This document shows positions 1 to 9,400 of a stretch of DNA of 64,000 nt, piece by piece. The stretch is taken from positions 1,676 through 65,675 of the forward strand of contig JAPLRD010000028.1 in assembly GCA_026399375.1 (NCBI GenBank), given 5' to 3'. The stretch is from Pseudomonadota bacterium (GTDB lineage Bacteria > Pseudomonadota > Gammaproteobacteria > Burkholderiales > SG8-39). The notes under the pieces are model-generated. The model saw only the letters and a program-made list of their open reading frames with translations. It had not been told where the DNA came from and searched no databases. Position 1 is the first letter of the stretch, and each line of letters opens with the position of its first letter. Made by a program: the position numbers and the translations under genes.

Positions 1-663
1 CGCCGGCTCGTGATGGACCACGCGTATTGGGGGCCGCAGTTTTCCGATGAGGAGATCGGGGGTCTGCTCGGCGCGAAAGCGGCCGAGATCGCGGCGCAGG
101 GTTGTATGGTCAATCGGCTGGAGAACGAGGCTGCGCTTTGTTCTCAGACCGCCAAGGCGATCGCCGACGGCAAGGTGGTGGGCTGGTTTCAGGGGCGCAT
201 GGAGTGGGGGCCGCGCGCGCTGGGCAATCGCTCCATCCTCGCCGACCCGCGCCGCGCCGACATGAAGGACATCCTCAACCTCAAGATCAAGCGGCGCGAG
301 TCGTTCCGGCCGTTCGCGCCGTCGATTCTGCGCGAGCACGTCGCCGAATGGTTCGAGACCGACGACGATGTGCCGTTCATGATGCAGGTGTATCCGATTC
401 GCGAGGAGAAGCGCGCGCTCATTCCGGCGGTCACCCATGTGGACGGCTCCGGGCGGCTGCAGACCGTCACGCGCGACACCAACCCGCTCTACTACGCGCT
501 GATCGAGGCGTTTCGCGATTTGACTGGAGTGCCGATGCTGCTGAACACTTCGTTCAACGAAAACGAACCGGTGGTGTGCAAACCGCAGGAGGCGCTGGAT
601 TGCTTCTTGCGCACGAAGATGGATGTGCTGGTGCTGGGGGAGTGGGTGGTGGAGCGAGCTTAG
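1..663 (+). CDS. Carbamoyltransferase (NodU/CmcH family), C-terminal fragment; the 5' end lies outside the window
   Basis: Frame 1 is open from base 1. The translation (GWFQGRMEWGPRALGNRSILADPR, FRPFAPS, THVDGSGRLQTV, LLNTSFNENEP) matches the conserved C-terminal half of NodU/CmcH O-carbamoyltransferases. Stop is TAG at 661-663. Confidence 0.8.
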   Translation, partial: RRLVMDHAYWGPQFSDEEIGGLLGAKAAEIAAQGCMVNRLENEAALCSQTAKAIADGKVVGWFQGRMEWGPRALGNRSILADPRRADMKDILNLKIKRRESFRPFAPSILREHVAEWFETDDDVPFMMQVYPIREEKRALIPAVTHVDGSGRLQTVTRDTNPLYYALIEAFRDLTGVPMLLNTSFNENEPVVCKPQEALDCFLRTKMDVLVLGEWVVERA

Positions 664-690
664 TCGCGGCGAGGGCGCCGCTCCCACAAG
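647..690. repeat. REP-like imperfect inverted repeat (GGAGCGAGCTT..TCGCG ... CCGCTCCCACAAG) covering the stop codon of the carbamoyltransferase
   Basis: The left arm tggtggagcgagcttagtcgcg and right arm ccgctcccacaag are inverted relative to each other. The right arm matches the copy at 1339-1351 in 12 of 13 positions. Confidence 0.35.
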
Positions 691-763
691 GTGCCGGTCC
701 CGCAAGGCGTCGCTCTCACAGCCCGCGCGTCTGCCATAATCGCGAGGATACGATGATCTCTCG

Positions 764-2002
764 ATGAAAATCATTTTCGTAAACCGCTACTTTTGCCCCG
801 ACCACTCGGCCACCAGCCAGATGCTTTCCGATCTGGCTTTTTTTTTGGCCGGCGCCGGGCATGAAGTCTGCGTCGTCACCAGCCGCCAACGCTACGACGA
901 TGCCGGCGCGAATCTGCTGCCACAGCAGCAGGTCGACGGCGTGGAAGTGCATCGCGTGCGCACCACGCGCTTCGGCCGCGACAAGCTCGCCGGGCGGGCG
1001 CTGGACTACGCCACGTTCTACCTTGCCGCAGGCTGGCGGCTGTGGCGCATCGCCCGCGCGGGCGACGTAGTCGTCGCGAAGACCGACCCGCCGCTGATCT
1101 CGGTGGTGGCGGCCATGGTCGCCCGCTGGCGCGGCGCAAAGCTCGTCAACTGGGTGCAGGACGTGTTTCCCGAGGTGGCCGAGGCGCTGGGCGTGCGCGC
1201 GATCGCCGGACCGCAGGCAGGGCTGCTGCGCCGCTTGCGCAACGCGGCCTTCCGGTCAGCCGCGGCGAACGTGGTGCTGGGCAAGCGCATGGCTGGGGTG
1301 GTGGCACGCGCCGGCGCGCCAAACTATCGCGAGCAAGCTCGCTCCCACAAGAGCCGCATCCATGTAATCCCCAACTGGGCGGACATGGAGGCGATCCGCC
1401 CGGTCGCTGCAGCGGACAATCCGTTGCGTGGAGAATGGGGCCTCACGGACAAGTTCGTCGCCTGCTATTCGGGCAACATGGGGCGCGCGCATGAATTCGA
1501 CACCATCCTCGATGCGGCCGGTCGCCTTGCTGCAAGCGCCGATTCGATCCGGTTTCTGTTCATCGGCGGCGGCGCGCAGCGGCAGACGGTCGAAGACGAA
1601 GTCCGCCGCAGGGGACTGTCCAACGTGCAGTTCCGACCCTACCAGGATAGGGCCGGATTGTCGTTCAGCCTCTGCGTCGGCGACGTGCATCTGGTGTCGC
1701 AGCGGCCGGAAGTGGAAGGCTACGTGTTCCCGAGCAAACTCTACGGCATCCTCGCCGCCGGACGGCCGGTAGTGTTCATCGGCGATCCGCAGGGCGAGAT
1801 CAGCCTGCTGGTGGAGGGGCAGAAAATCGGCGTGGCGGTACGGCAAGGCGATGCGGCAGAACTGGCGGATCAGCTAATACGAATTGCCAGTAACGCTTTG
1901 CTGCGCGAGGGCATGGGCGAACGGGCGCGAAGACTGTTGTGCGAGCGATTCGACAAGGCAGTCGCGTTTAAAGCATGGCTCGGTTTGCTAAGCAAACTGT
2001 AA
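764..2002 (+). CDS. Glycosyltransferase family 4 (WcaI/WbuB-like)
   Basis: 412-aa ORF. The N-terminus MKIIFVNRYFCPDHSATSQMLSDLAFFLAGAGHEV is typical of WcaI/WbuB-type GT4 enzymes. The C-terminal region has the E-x7-E-like motif (PSKLYGILAAGRPVVF). Confidence 0.85.
   Translation: MKIIFVNRYFCPDHSATSQMLSDLAFFLAGAGHEVCVVTSRQRYDDAGANLLPQQQVDGVEVHRVRTTRFGRDKLAGRALDYATFYLAAGWRLWRIARAGDVVVAKTDPPLISVVAAMVARWRGAKLVNWVQDVFPEVAEALGVRAIAGPQAGLLRRLRNAAFRSAAANVVLGKRMAGVVARAGAPNYREQARSHKSRIHVIPNWADMEAIRPVAAADNPLRGEWGLTDKFVACYSGNMGRAHEFDTILDAAGRLAASADSIRFLFIGGGAQRQTVEDEVRRRGLSNVQFRPYQDRAGLSFSLCVGDVHLVSQRPEVEGYVFPSKLYGILAAGRPVVFIGDPQGEISLLVEGQKIGVAVRQGDAAELADQLIRIASNALLREGMGERARRLLCERFDKAVAFKAWLGLLSKL
1327..1351. 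repeat. REP-like palindromic element (tcGCGAGCaaGCTCGCtcccacaag) lying in frame inside the GT4 ORF
   Basis: Perfect 6-bp stem GCGAGC/GCTCGC with a 2-nt loop, followed by TCCCACAAG. It encodes NYREQARSHKS, which looks like an insertion just before the conserved RIxVIPNW block. Confidence 0.4.
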
Positions 2003-2114
2003 TTCTGAACTGCAGGGCTTGTGACGCGTGCCTTAGCCAGTACGTCCTAAGCATTACCGTCACTCCAGCCTAACGTACAAATTTCGCTCGAATCCGCTGT
2101 CCAGTCGTGCGAGA

Positions 2115-2124
2115 ATGTATACAT
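2115..2124. promoter_or_regulatory. Perfect 10-bp palindrome ATGTATACAT, candidate operator for the RHH antitoxin
   Basis: It lies 20 nt upstream of the antitoxin ATG (2144), in an AT-richer spacer and overlapping a -10-like GAGAAT/TATACA. RHH antitoxins typically autoregulate through such palindromes. Confidence 0.3.
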
Positions 2125-2143
2125 CCAGAGACAAAGGGGCATC

Positions 2144-2389
2144 ATGTCCGAATCCACCACAATTTCCATCCGCCTCGAATCAGCCGTAAAAGCGCGCCTG
2201 GATCACTTGGCCGATGCCACGCACCGCAGCAAGTCTTTCCTCGCCGCAGAAGCGATTCGCACTTTCGTCGAACTCAACGAATGGCAGATTCACGAAATAC
2301 AATCTGCACTGGGGGAAGCGGACGCGGGAGACTTTGCGAAACAATCCGAAGTAAATAAAGTCCTGAAAAAATGGCGCAAGCCGGCGTAA
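2144..2389 (+). CDS. Ribbon-helix-helix antitoxin (ParD/CopG-like), type II TA system
   Basis: 81 aa. The N-terminus TTISIRLESAVKARLDHLADATHRSKSFLAAEAIRTFV is a classic RHH fold signature. An AAGGGG RBS sits upstream, and the ORF overlaps the downstream toxin ORF. Confidence 0.8.
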   Translation: MSESTTISIRLESAVKARLDHLADATHRSKSFLAAEAIRTFVELNEWQIHEIQSALGEADAGDFAKQSEVNKVLKKWRKPA

Positions 2390-2679
2390 AACCACTGGAA
2401 ACCGTATGGCTGCGCAAGGCGTTACTAAATCTGGACGAAGAAGCAGCATATGTAGCGCTGGACAATCCGCAGGCCGCGCAACAAATCGTCACGCGAATTG
2501 TTCACGCAGTTGAATTGCTAAGACTTCAACCCGGGCTGGGGCGGCCTGGCCGCGTGCCAGGAACCCGCGAATTGCTTGTGGCCAACACCCGATATCTGAT
2601 CCCGTATCGCGTGCGCGGCAAGCGTATCGAAATACTGCGCATTTTCCACACCTCGCGCAAACCGCCATCGCAGTGGTAA
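2371..2679 (+). CDS. ParE/RelE-family toxin, type II TA system
   Basis: 102 aa. It carries the ParE-like signature (A..DL..I..YIA.DNP.AA, LPGLGRPGRVPGTRELLV, YLIPYRV.G..IEILRIFH) and overlaps the antitoxin by 19 nt. Confidence 0.8.
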   Translation: MAQAGVKPLETVWLRKALLNLDEEAAYVALDNPQAAQQIVTRIVHAVELLRLQPGLGRPGRVPGTRELLVANTRYLIPYRVRGKRIEILRIFHTSRKPPSQW

Positions 2680-2736
2680 TGGCCTACTTGCATTTTTCAG
2701 AGCGTGCCGCCAAAGGTCGCGATGAGGGCATCGCCC

Positions 2737-3819
2737 CTACGAAATCATTGTCGACAGATCCCACCTCGGTTTGACGCCAAAAGCGTAACCAGCCTCAGCT
2801 GAATTTGTTGCCAGCCCCGCGCCCAAGCGCAAAGCCCCCGCAAACGCAATCATCGCCCCGTTGTCCGTACAGAACTCGAACTCCGGATAGAAAACAGAGA
2901 AACCGCGCTCTTTGGCCTCGCGGTCCAGCCGCTCGCGCAAGCGCCGGTTGGCACCGACGCCGCCGGCGACCACGAGCTGTTTGAGGTCGGTCTGCTCCAG
3001 CGCATAGAGCGACTTGGCGACCAGCACGTCGACGATCGCTTTCTGAAACGACGCTGCGATATCCGCCCTGGCAGCTGCAGTCAGTTGCGTTTCCGGCGCC
3101 TGCCGTTTCTGGCCCTGCAGTTCCTTCCCCTGGCTCTGCCGCACCAGCAGCAGCACCGCGGTCTTCAGGCCGCTGAAGGAAAAATCCAGATTGCCCGTCT
3201 TGTGCATTTGCTCGAGCATGGGCCGCGGTAGCTTGTGCCTGTCCGCCCTGCCCTGCCCGGCCAGTTGCGCCAGCGCCGGCTCGCCCGGGTAGCCAAGTCC
3301 GAGCAGGTGGGCTGTCTTGTCGAAGGCCTCGCCCGCGGCGTCGTCCAGGGTTTCTCCCAGCAATTCGTATTCGCCCACGGCGCCGACACGCATCAATTGG
3401 GTATGCCCGCCGGAGACCAGCAGCGCGACGAACGGAAACGCCGGCGGATTGCTGGCGAGCAGCGGCGACAGCAGATGCCCTTCGAGATGATGTATGCCGA
3501 TAGCCGGAATGCCGAGCGTGAAGGCGAGCGCATTGGCGACGCTGGTGCCGACCAGCAGCGCGCCCGCCAGGCCCGGCCCCTGGGTGTAGGCGACGGCGTC
3601 TATATCCTGCATACCGGCCCCGACCCGTTGCATGACCTCGCGAACAAGCGGCAACACACGCCGGATGTGGTCGCGCGAGGCGAGTTCGGGCACAACGCCG
3701 CCGTATTCCTCGTGCATCGCCATCTGCGTATGCAGGGCGTGCGCGAGCAGGCCGCGCCCGCTGTCGTATAGCGCGATGCCGGTTTCGTCGCAGGAGGTTT
3801 CTATGCCCAGGATCAGCAT
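2737..3819 (-). CDS. tsaD: tRNA N6-adenosine threonylcarbamoyltransferase TsaD (Kae1/Gcp)
   Basis: 360 aa. The sequence [19 protein letters not shown]...[16 protein letters not shown]...HHLEGHLL...SGGHT matches TsaD along its whole length. Confidence 0.95.
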   Translation of the reverse strand: MLILGIETSCDETGIALYDSGRGLLAHALHTQMAMHEEYGGVVPELASRDHIRRVLPLVREVMQRVGAGMQDIDAVAYTQGPGLAGALLVGTSVANALAFTLGIPAIGIHHLEGHLLSPLLASNPPAFPFVALLVSGGHTQLMRVGAVGEYELLGETLDDAAGEAFDKTAHLLGLGYPGEPALAQLAGQGRADRHKLPRPMLEQMHKTGNLDFSFSGLKTAVLLLVRQSQGKELQGQKRQAPETQLTAAARADIAASFQKAIVDVLVAKSLYALEQTDLKQLVVAGGVGANRRLRERLDREAKERGFSVFYPEFEFCTDNGAMIAFAGALRLGAGLATNSAEAGYAFGVKPRWDLSTMIS

Positions 3820-3879
3820 GGGGCGTGCTTGGAGGCGTTCAGGGTTATCCCTAATCAGGGGTAATTGGGTGTCGCAGGA

Positions 3880-3885
3880 TATAAT
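3880..3885 (+). promoter_or_regulatory. Candidate -10 box (perfect TATAAT) for the czc cluster
   Basis: A perfect TATAAT sits in the 74-bp divergent tsaD/czcC spacer of a GC-rich genome. No convincing -35 element was seen. Confidence 0.3.
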
Positions 3886-3893
3886 ACTCGACT

Positions 3894-5219
3894 TTGATCG
3901 ACGGGCAGAATGCCTGTCTCTCCGCTCTGGGAAACGATTTGCGCGTATCGATATTTCTGCTGTTCATGTTCGGCTTGCTGGCGCAGGCGCAAGCCCAAGC
4001 GCCTGATCTGGCCCGCTTGAGCCTGCGCGAAGCCGATGCGCTGCTGGTGCAAAAGAACCGCGAGCTGCAGGCGGCACGGCGCGCGGGTGAAGCGGCGCAG
4101 GCCGCGACGCTGACCGCGGGTGCGCGCCCGAATCCGAATCTCAGCCTCGGCGTCGGATCCGTCAATCCGCAGGTCGGGATCGGTTCCGGCGGTCTGCGCG
4201 ACAAAATCATCGACAGTTCGATCCGCATCGATCAGTTGGTCGAGCGCGGCAATAAGCGCGAACTGCGCGTATCGACGGCGAAGAAGCTGGAGGCGGCAAG
4301 CGGCGAAGACCTCTCCGACGTCCTGCGGCAGCAGCGCCTCGCCCTGCGCGCCGGCTACTACGACCTGATGCTGGCGCAGGACAAAGTCGCGATCAGCGCC
4401 GACACCGCCGAACTGTACCAGCGCAGCCTGCAGGCGGCGGACCTGCGTCTGAAGGCGGGCGACATCTCCGGCTCGGACGTGGCGCGCATCCGCGTCGATG
4501 CTCTGCGCGCGCAGAACGACGCGCGCGCCACCGAGGCCGAACGCAAGCGCGCCCAGATCACTCTCTCGTATCTGATCGGCGCGGAGCAGCGGGCCGACGA
4601 GATCAAGGCCACCGACCCCTGGCCCGCCATGCAGAAGACTGCTGCGACGGACCTGGACGCACTGATCGAGCGCCGGCCGGACGTGCGCGCAGCGCAGGCA
4701 CGCATCGAGGCGGCGGGCGTCGCCCGCGACCTGGCGAAGAGCCTGCGGACGCGCGACCTCACGCTGGGCGCGCAGTTCGACCACTATCCGGTAAATCCCG
4801 GGTACGCAGCGACCAGCGGCGCCGGCACGGGCAACACCTGGGGCGTTTTCGTGAGTGTGCCGCTATTCACCCAGTACTACTTCGAGGGCGAAATCGCGCA
4901 GGCCGAAAGCGCCTATAACTCGGCCACTGACAATCTCGAGCGCACGCGTGCCGTAGCGCGCGCGGAGATTGCCCGAGCCCTGTCGGATGTGATCGCTGCC
5001 GCCGAACGCCTGGCGCGCTTCCAGGACAGCATGCTGGCCGAGGCGAGGAAATCCGCCGACTCGGCCGAATTCGCCTACGAGAACGGTGCCATCGGCGTGA
5101 TGGACCTGCTCGATGCGCGGCGCACGCTGCGCGCCATACAACTGGACGCCGCCGCCGCACAGGCGGATCATGCGAAAGCGCTCGCCGCCTGGCAGTCGGG
5201 TTTGGGCGGGACACAGTAG
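3894..5219 (+). CDS. czcC: Outer-membrane efflux factor, TolC/CzcC family (heavy-metal RND OMF)
   Basis: 441-aa ORF from a TTG start. The in-frame TTG at 3939 would give a cleaner signal peptide ([21 protein letters not shown]). The body shows the two-repeat OMF architecture with CzcC-like coiled segments. Confidence 0.85.
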   Translation: MIDGQNACLSALGNDLRVSIFLLFMFGLLAQAQAQAPDLARLSLREADALLVQKNRELQAARRAGEAAQAATLTAGARPNPNLSLGVGSVNPQVGIGSGGLRDKIIDSSIRIDQLVERGNKRELRVSTAKKLEAASGEDLSDVLRQQRLALRAGYYDLMLAQDKVAISADTAELYQRSLQAADLRLKAGDISGSDVARIRVDALRAQNDARATEAERKRAQITLSYLIGAEQRADEIKATDPWPAMQKTAATDLDALIERRPDVRAAQARIEAAGVARDLAKSLRTRDLTLGAQFDHYPVNPGYAATSGAGTGNTWGVFVSVPLFTQYYFEGEIAQAESAYNSATDNLERTRAVARAEIARALSDVIAAAERLARFQDSMLAEARKSADSAEFAYENGAIGVMDLLDARRTLRAIQLDAAAAQADHAKALAAWQSGLGGTQ

Positions 5220-5263
5220 ACGCCGCATACAACAGAGCGTCAGAACCGGGGATCGGAGGAGCG

Positions 5264-6285
5264 GTGCGAATTTCGTTTTGGATAGCTTTGCTTGCCGTGG
5301 TGTTCGCGGCCGGCTGCGACAAGGTCGAAAAGAAGACCGAGCCCGCGCACGCCAAGCTCGACGGCAACAAGGTAGTGTTTCCGGCGGGGGCGGCGCAGCT
5401 GCAGACGATCAAGTCTGAAGCGGCGCAACCGGGCAAACCCGCCACGCCGGACAGTCGCTGGCCATGCTCGCCTCGCCCGAATTCGGCCAGACTCAGGCGG
5501 ACGCCCGCCGCGCCGCCAGCGACTTCGCGCTGGCGGAGAAGAATCTCGCCCGGCTGCGCGAGCTGCACGCCAACGGCGTCGCGCCGCGCAAGGACATGCA
5601 GACGGCGGAGGCCGACCACGCGCGCGCCGAATCCGAGCTGCAGCGCGCGCAAAAGAAAATCAGCCTCTACGGCGGCAACGAGACCGCGGTCGACCAGAGT
5701 TTCACCTTGAAGAGCCCCATCGCCGGCACCGTGGTCGAACGCAACATCAACCCGGGCCAGGAGCTGCGCTCCGATCTGGTGCTCGCTAACGCCCCGGCCA
5801 TGTTCGTGATCACCGACCCGGCCCGCCTGTGGGTGCAGCTCGACGCGAACGAGCGCGACCTGCCCAACCTGAAACGCGGCCAGACGCTGCGGCTGCGGTC
5901 CTCTTCCTACGCCGACGAATCGTTCGGCGCCACGGTGGACATGATCTCCGATTTCATCGATCCGGTGACGCGGGTGATCAAAGTACGCGGTTCGGTCGAC
6001 AACCGCGGGCGCAAGCTCAAGGGCGAGATGTACGTCACCGCCGAGATCGACATCGGCACCCGGCCCGGGGTACAGGTTCCGGCCAAGGCAGTATTCCTGG
6101 TCGGCGACAAGTACTACGCCTTCACCGAAGACGCCCCCGGTACCTTTACCCGGGTGGAGGTCAAGACCGGCGGCGATGCCAACGGCACCATCGGCGTCAT
6201 CGCCGGCCTCGCGCCGGGGCAAAAAGTGGTGGTCGAGGGCAGCCTGCTGCTGCAGCGCCTGTCGCGACAGCTTGCCGGTGATTAA
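5264..6285 (+). pseudogene. czcB: RND periplasmic adaptor (CzcB/HlyD family) disrupted by an internal out-of-frame deletion
   Basis: A GTG start with GGAGGA RBS and a lipoprotein-like N-terminus (MRISFWIALLAVVFAAGC) lie in frame 2. Homology to the paralog at 9655-10797 resumes in frame 1 near 5428 (GQTRHAGQSLAMLASPEF versus GDAVRAGDALLALDSPEL). About 35 aa of the lipoyl-domain entry are missing. Frame 1 has a TGA at 5416-5418. Confidence 0.6.
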
Positions 6286-6338
6286 GGCTTTGGGCGCAGG
6301 GAACCTGACAACGAGCGGGCGGCGCCGAACCATGGTTT

Positions 6339-6415
6339 GTCATTCCGAGCGTAGCGAGGAATCTGCTGTTGAAGTGCGAGAAGCAGATTCCTCGGGCGTA
6401 CGCCCTCGGAATGAC
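6339..6415. repeat. MITE/REP-like 77-bp imperfect palindrome (GTCATTCCGAGCGTAGCGAGGAATCTGC ... GCAGATTCCTCGGGCGTACGCCCTCGGAATGAC)
   Basis: Long inverted arms were read directly. The element sits in an unusually long 159-bp spacer between the adaptor and pump genes. Its translation (HSERSEES / RFLATLGMT) is typical of a widespread small palindromic repeat family. Confidence 0.6.
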
Positions 6416-6444
6416 AATTTCAAACACAGTGCGAAGAGCGCAGA

Positions 6445-9400
6445 ATGATCAAGCGCGTCGTCTCCTTCGCCCTGCACCAGCCGCTGTTCGTCGTGCTGGG
6501 GATGATCCTGTTCATCGGCGGCGGCATCGCCGCGTTCAAGTCGCTGCCGGTCGAGGCCTTCCCCGACGTCACCGACACCCAGGTGACGGTGATTACCCTC
6601 TACCCGGGGCGCGCCGCCGAGGAAACGGAAAAGCAGGTCACCATTCCGCTCGAAGTGGTGCTGGCCGGCCTGCCCAACGCCGTGCGCATGTTCTCGCACA
6701 CCCAGTTCGGGCTGTCGTTCATCATCCTTACCTTCGATGACCGTGCCAACGGCTATTTCGCCCGCACCCAGGTGACCGAGCGGCTGCGCGAGGCGCAGTT
6801 GCCCGCCGGGGTCACGCCCCAGCTCGCGCCGATGTCGACGCCGATCGGCGAGGTCTACCGCTACCGGATCAAGGCCGAAGCCTACGATTCGCGCGAGCTG
6901 CGCACGCTGCAGGACTGGGTGGTGATGCGCCAGCTGAAGCTGGTTCCGGGCGTCGCCGAAGTGGTCACGCTCGGCGGGCTGATCAAGCAGTACGAGGTGA
7001 ATCCGGACCTGGCCAAGCTGCGCGATTACAAGGTGACCTTGCAGCAGGTGTTCACGGCGCTGGAGCGCGGCAACGCCAATGCCGGCGGCAGCTATCTGGA
7101 GCAGGGGCGGCAGCAGTACCTGATCCGCGGCATCGGCCTGTTGCGCAGCGCCGACGACATCGGCAACATCGTCGTCGCCGAACGCAACGGCGTGCCGGTG
7201 CTGGTGAAACACATCGCCGAAGTGAACGTAGGCTCGGTGCCGCGCCAGGGCATCGTCGGCCAGGATAATGACGACGACGTGGTCACCGGCATCGTGCTGA
7301 TGCGCAAGGGCGAGAACCCGTCGCAGGTGCTCGCGGGGGTGAAGCAGAAAATCGACATGATCAATACCGCCATGCTGCCCAAGGGCGTGGAGGTGGTGGC
7401 GTTCTACGACCGCACCTGGCTCATCGACCGGACGCTGAAGACGGTGTTCACCAACCTCACCGAGGGCGCGCTGCTGGTGACCCTGGTGCTGGTGCTGTTC
7501 CTGGGCAACGTGCGCGCGGCGGCGATCGTGGCGGTGGTGATCCCGCTGTCCCTGCTCGCGACCTTCATCGGCCTCACCTTCGTCGGCATACCCGCGAACC
7601 TGCTGTCCTTGGGTGCGATGGACTTCGGCATCATCGTCGACGGCGCGGTGATCGTGGTGGAGAACGTGTTCCGCAAGCTCTCGGAGACGGTGCAGGACCG
7701 CACGCCGCGGCTGCAGAAAATCCTGGATGCCGCGGTCGAGGTCGGCCGGCCGACGCTGTTTTCGATGCTGATCATCATCGCGGCGCACATCCCCATCTTC
7801 ACCCTGCAGCGCCACGAAGGCCGCATTTTCGCGCCCATGGCCTGGTCGGTGACGTCCGCGCTGGTGGGCTCGCTGATACTGTCGCTCACGCTGGTGCCGC
7901 TCCTGTGCTATGTGCTGTTGCGCAAGAACCTGCCGGAGAAGGAAAACTGGCTGGTGCACTGGTGCAAGAGCGCATACAAACCGGTGCTGGAATGGGCCAT
8001 CGGGCATCGCGCGCTGGTCATCGGCTCCGCGCTGGTCGCGCTCGCGGCAAGCCTGGCGGTGGTGCCGCGGCTGGGCACCGAATTCCTGCCCGAACTCAAC
8101 GAAGGCACGATCTGGATCAACGTGCCGCTCCCGTCGAGCGTCTCGGTCAGCGAAGCGCAGGCCGATAACGCACGCTTTCGCGCCGCGATCGCCAAGACGC
8201 CCGAGGTAAAGGGCGTCATGTCCAAGGCGGGCAGGCCCGAAGACGGGACCGATCCCAAGCTGGTGAACATGGCCGAGTTCCTGGTCGATCTGAAGCCGGA
8301 ATCGGAATGGCGCGCCGGCCTCTCCCGCTTCGACCTGATGGACGAGATGGAGAGAAGCCTGCTCGCCTATCCCGGCATCGAACCCAGTTTTTCCATGCCC
8401 ATACGCGACAACGTGCTCGAATCGATTTCGCAGATCGACGGCCAAATCGTGATCAAGGTATTCGGCCCGGATCTGGACGTGCTGCGCGAGGAGTCGAGGA
8501 AAATCCTGTCCACGGTGCGCCACGTCGGCGGCGTGAAACGCGCCTTCATCGACCGTCTGGGCGAACTGCCGCAGTTCCTGATCGACATCGATCGCGAAGC
8601 CGCCGCGCGCTACGGGCTGAACGTCGCCGACATCCAGGACGTGATCGAAACCGCGCTCGGCGGCCAGGCCGCGACCCAGTTGTGGGAGGGCGAACGCCGC
8701 TTCCCCGTGGCCGTGCGCTTGAAGGAGCCGGAGCGCTCGATCGAGCGCATGCGCGCCATCCTGGTGTCCGCGCCCTCCGGGCAGTATGTGCCGCTGGCAC
8801 AGGTGGCGCGGTTCAAGACCGTGAGCGGCGCGCAAAACATCAGCCGCGAAAACAGCCAGCGGGTGCAGTCGATCGGCATATTCATCCGCGACCGCGACAT
8901 GGGCAGCGTGGTGGCCGACATGAAAGAACGCGTGGCCAAGCTGGAAGCGTTGCCGCCGGGCTACACCATCACTTGGTCGGGCGAGTTCGAGAACCAGGAG
9001 CGCGCGATGGCGCGGCTTGCCATCATCGTGCCGATTTCGGTGCTGCTGATTTTCATCCTGCTGTTCGACGCCTTCGGCTCGTTCAAAAGCGCGGCGTTGA
9101 TCGTGCTCAACATTCCCTTCGCCATGGTCGGCGGGATATTCGCGTTGTTGTTTACAGGCATACACCTGTCGGTGTCGGCCGCGATCGGCTTCATCGCGCT
9201 ATTCGGCCAGGCGGTGCTGAACGGCGTGGTGATGGTGGCCTATTTCAACCAGCTGCGAAATGCCGGCGCCACACCCAGAGAAGCGGTGGTGGAAGGCTCG
9301 CTGGTGCGCCTGCGCACGGTGCTGATGACGGGCCTGCTGGCCATGCTGGGCTTGCTGCCCATGGCCCTGTCCCAAGGCATAGGCGCCGAAACGCAGAAGC

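Noticed and set aside
2719-2734. The small hairpin GCGATG-AGGG-CATCGC between the convergent parE-like and tsaD genes, considered as a terminator.
   Set aside because: The stem is only 6 bp and there is no flanking T- or A-run, so it is too weak to call.
6340-9165. A 941-aa ORF antisense to the first RND pump. Similar long antisense ORFs occur at 10132-12228, 4867-6333, 3855-4784, 38291-39487 and 27383-28705.
   Set aside because: Their translations are low-complexity and rich in Arg, Ala, Gly, His and Gln, with no recognisable domains. They lie exactly opposite strongly supported genes. They are typical shadow ORFs of GC-rich DNA, where stop codons are rare on the antisense strand.
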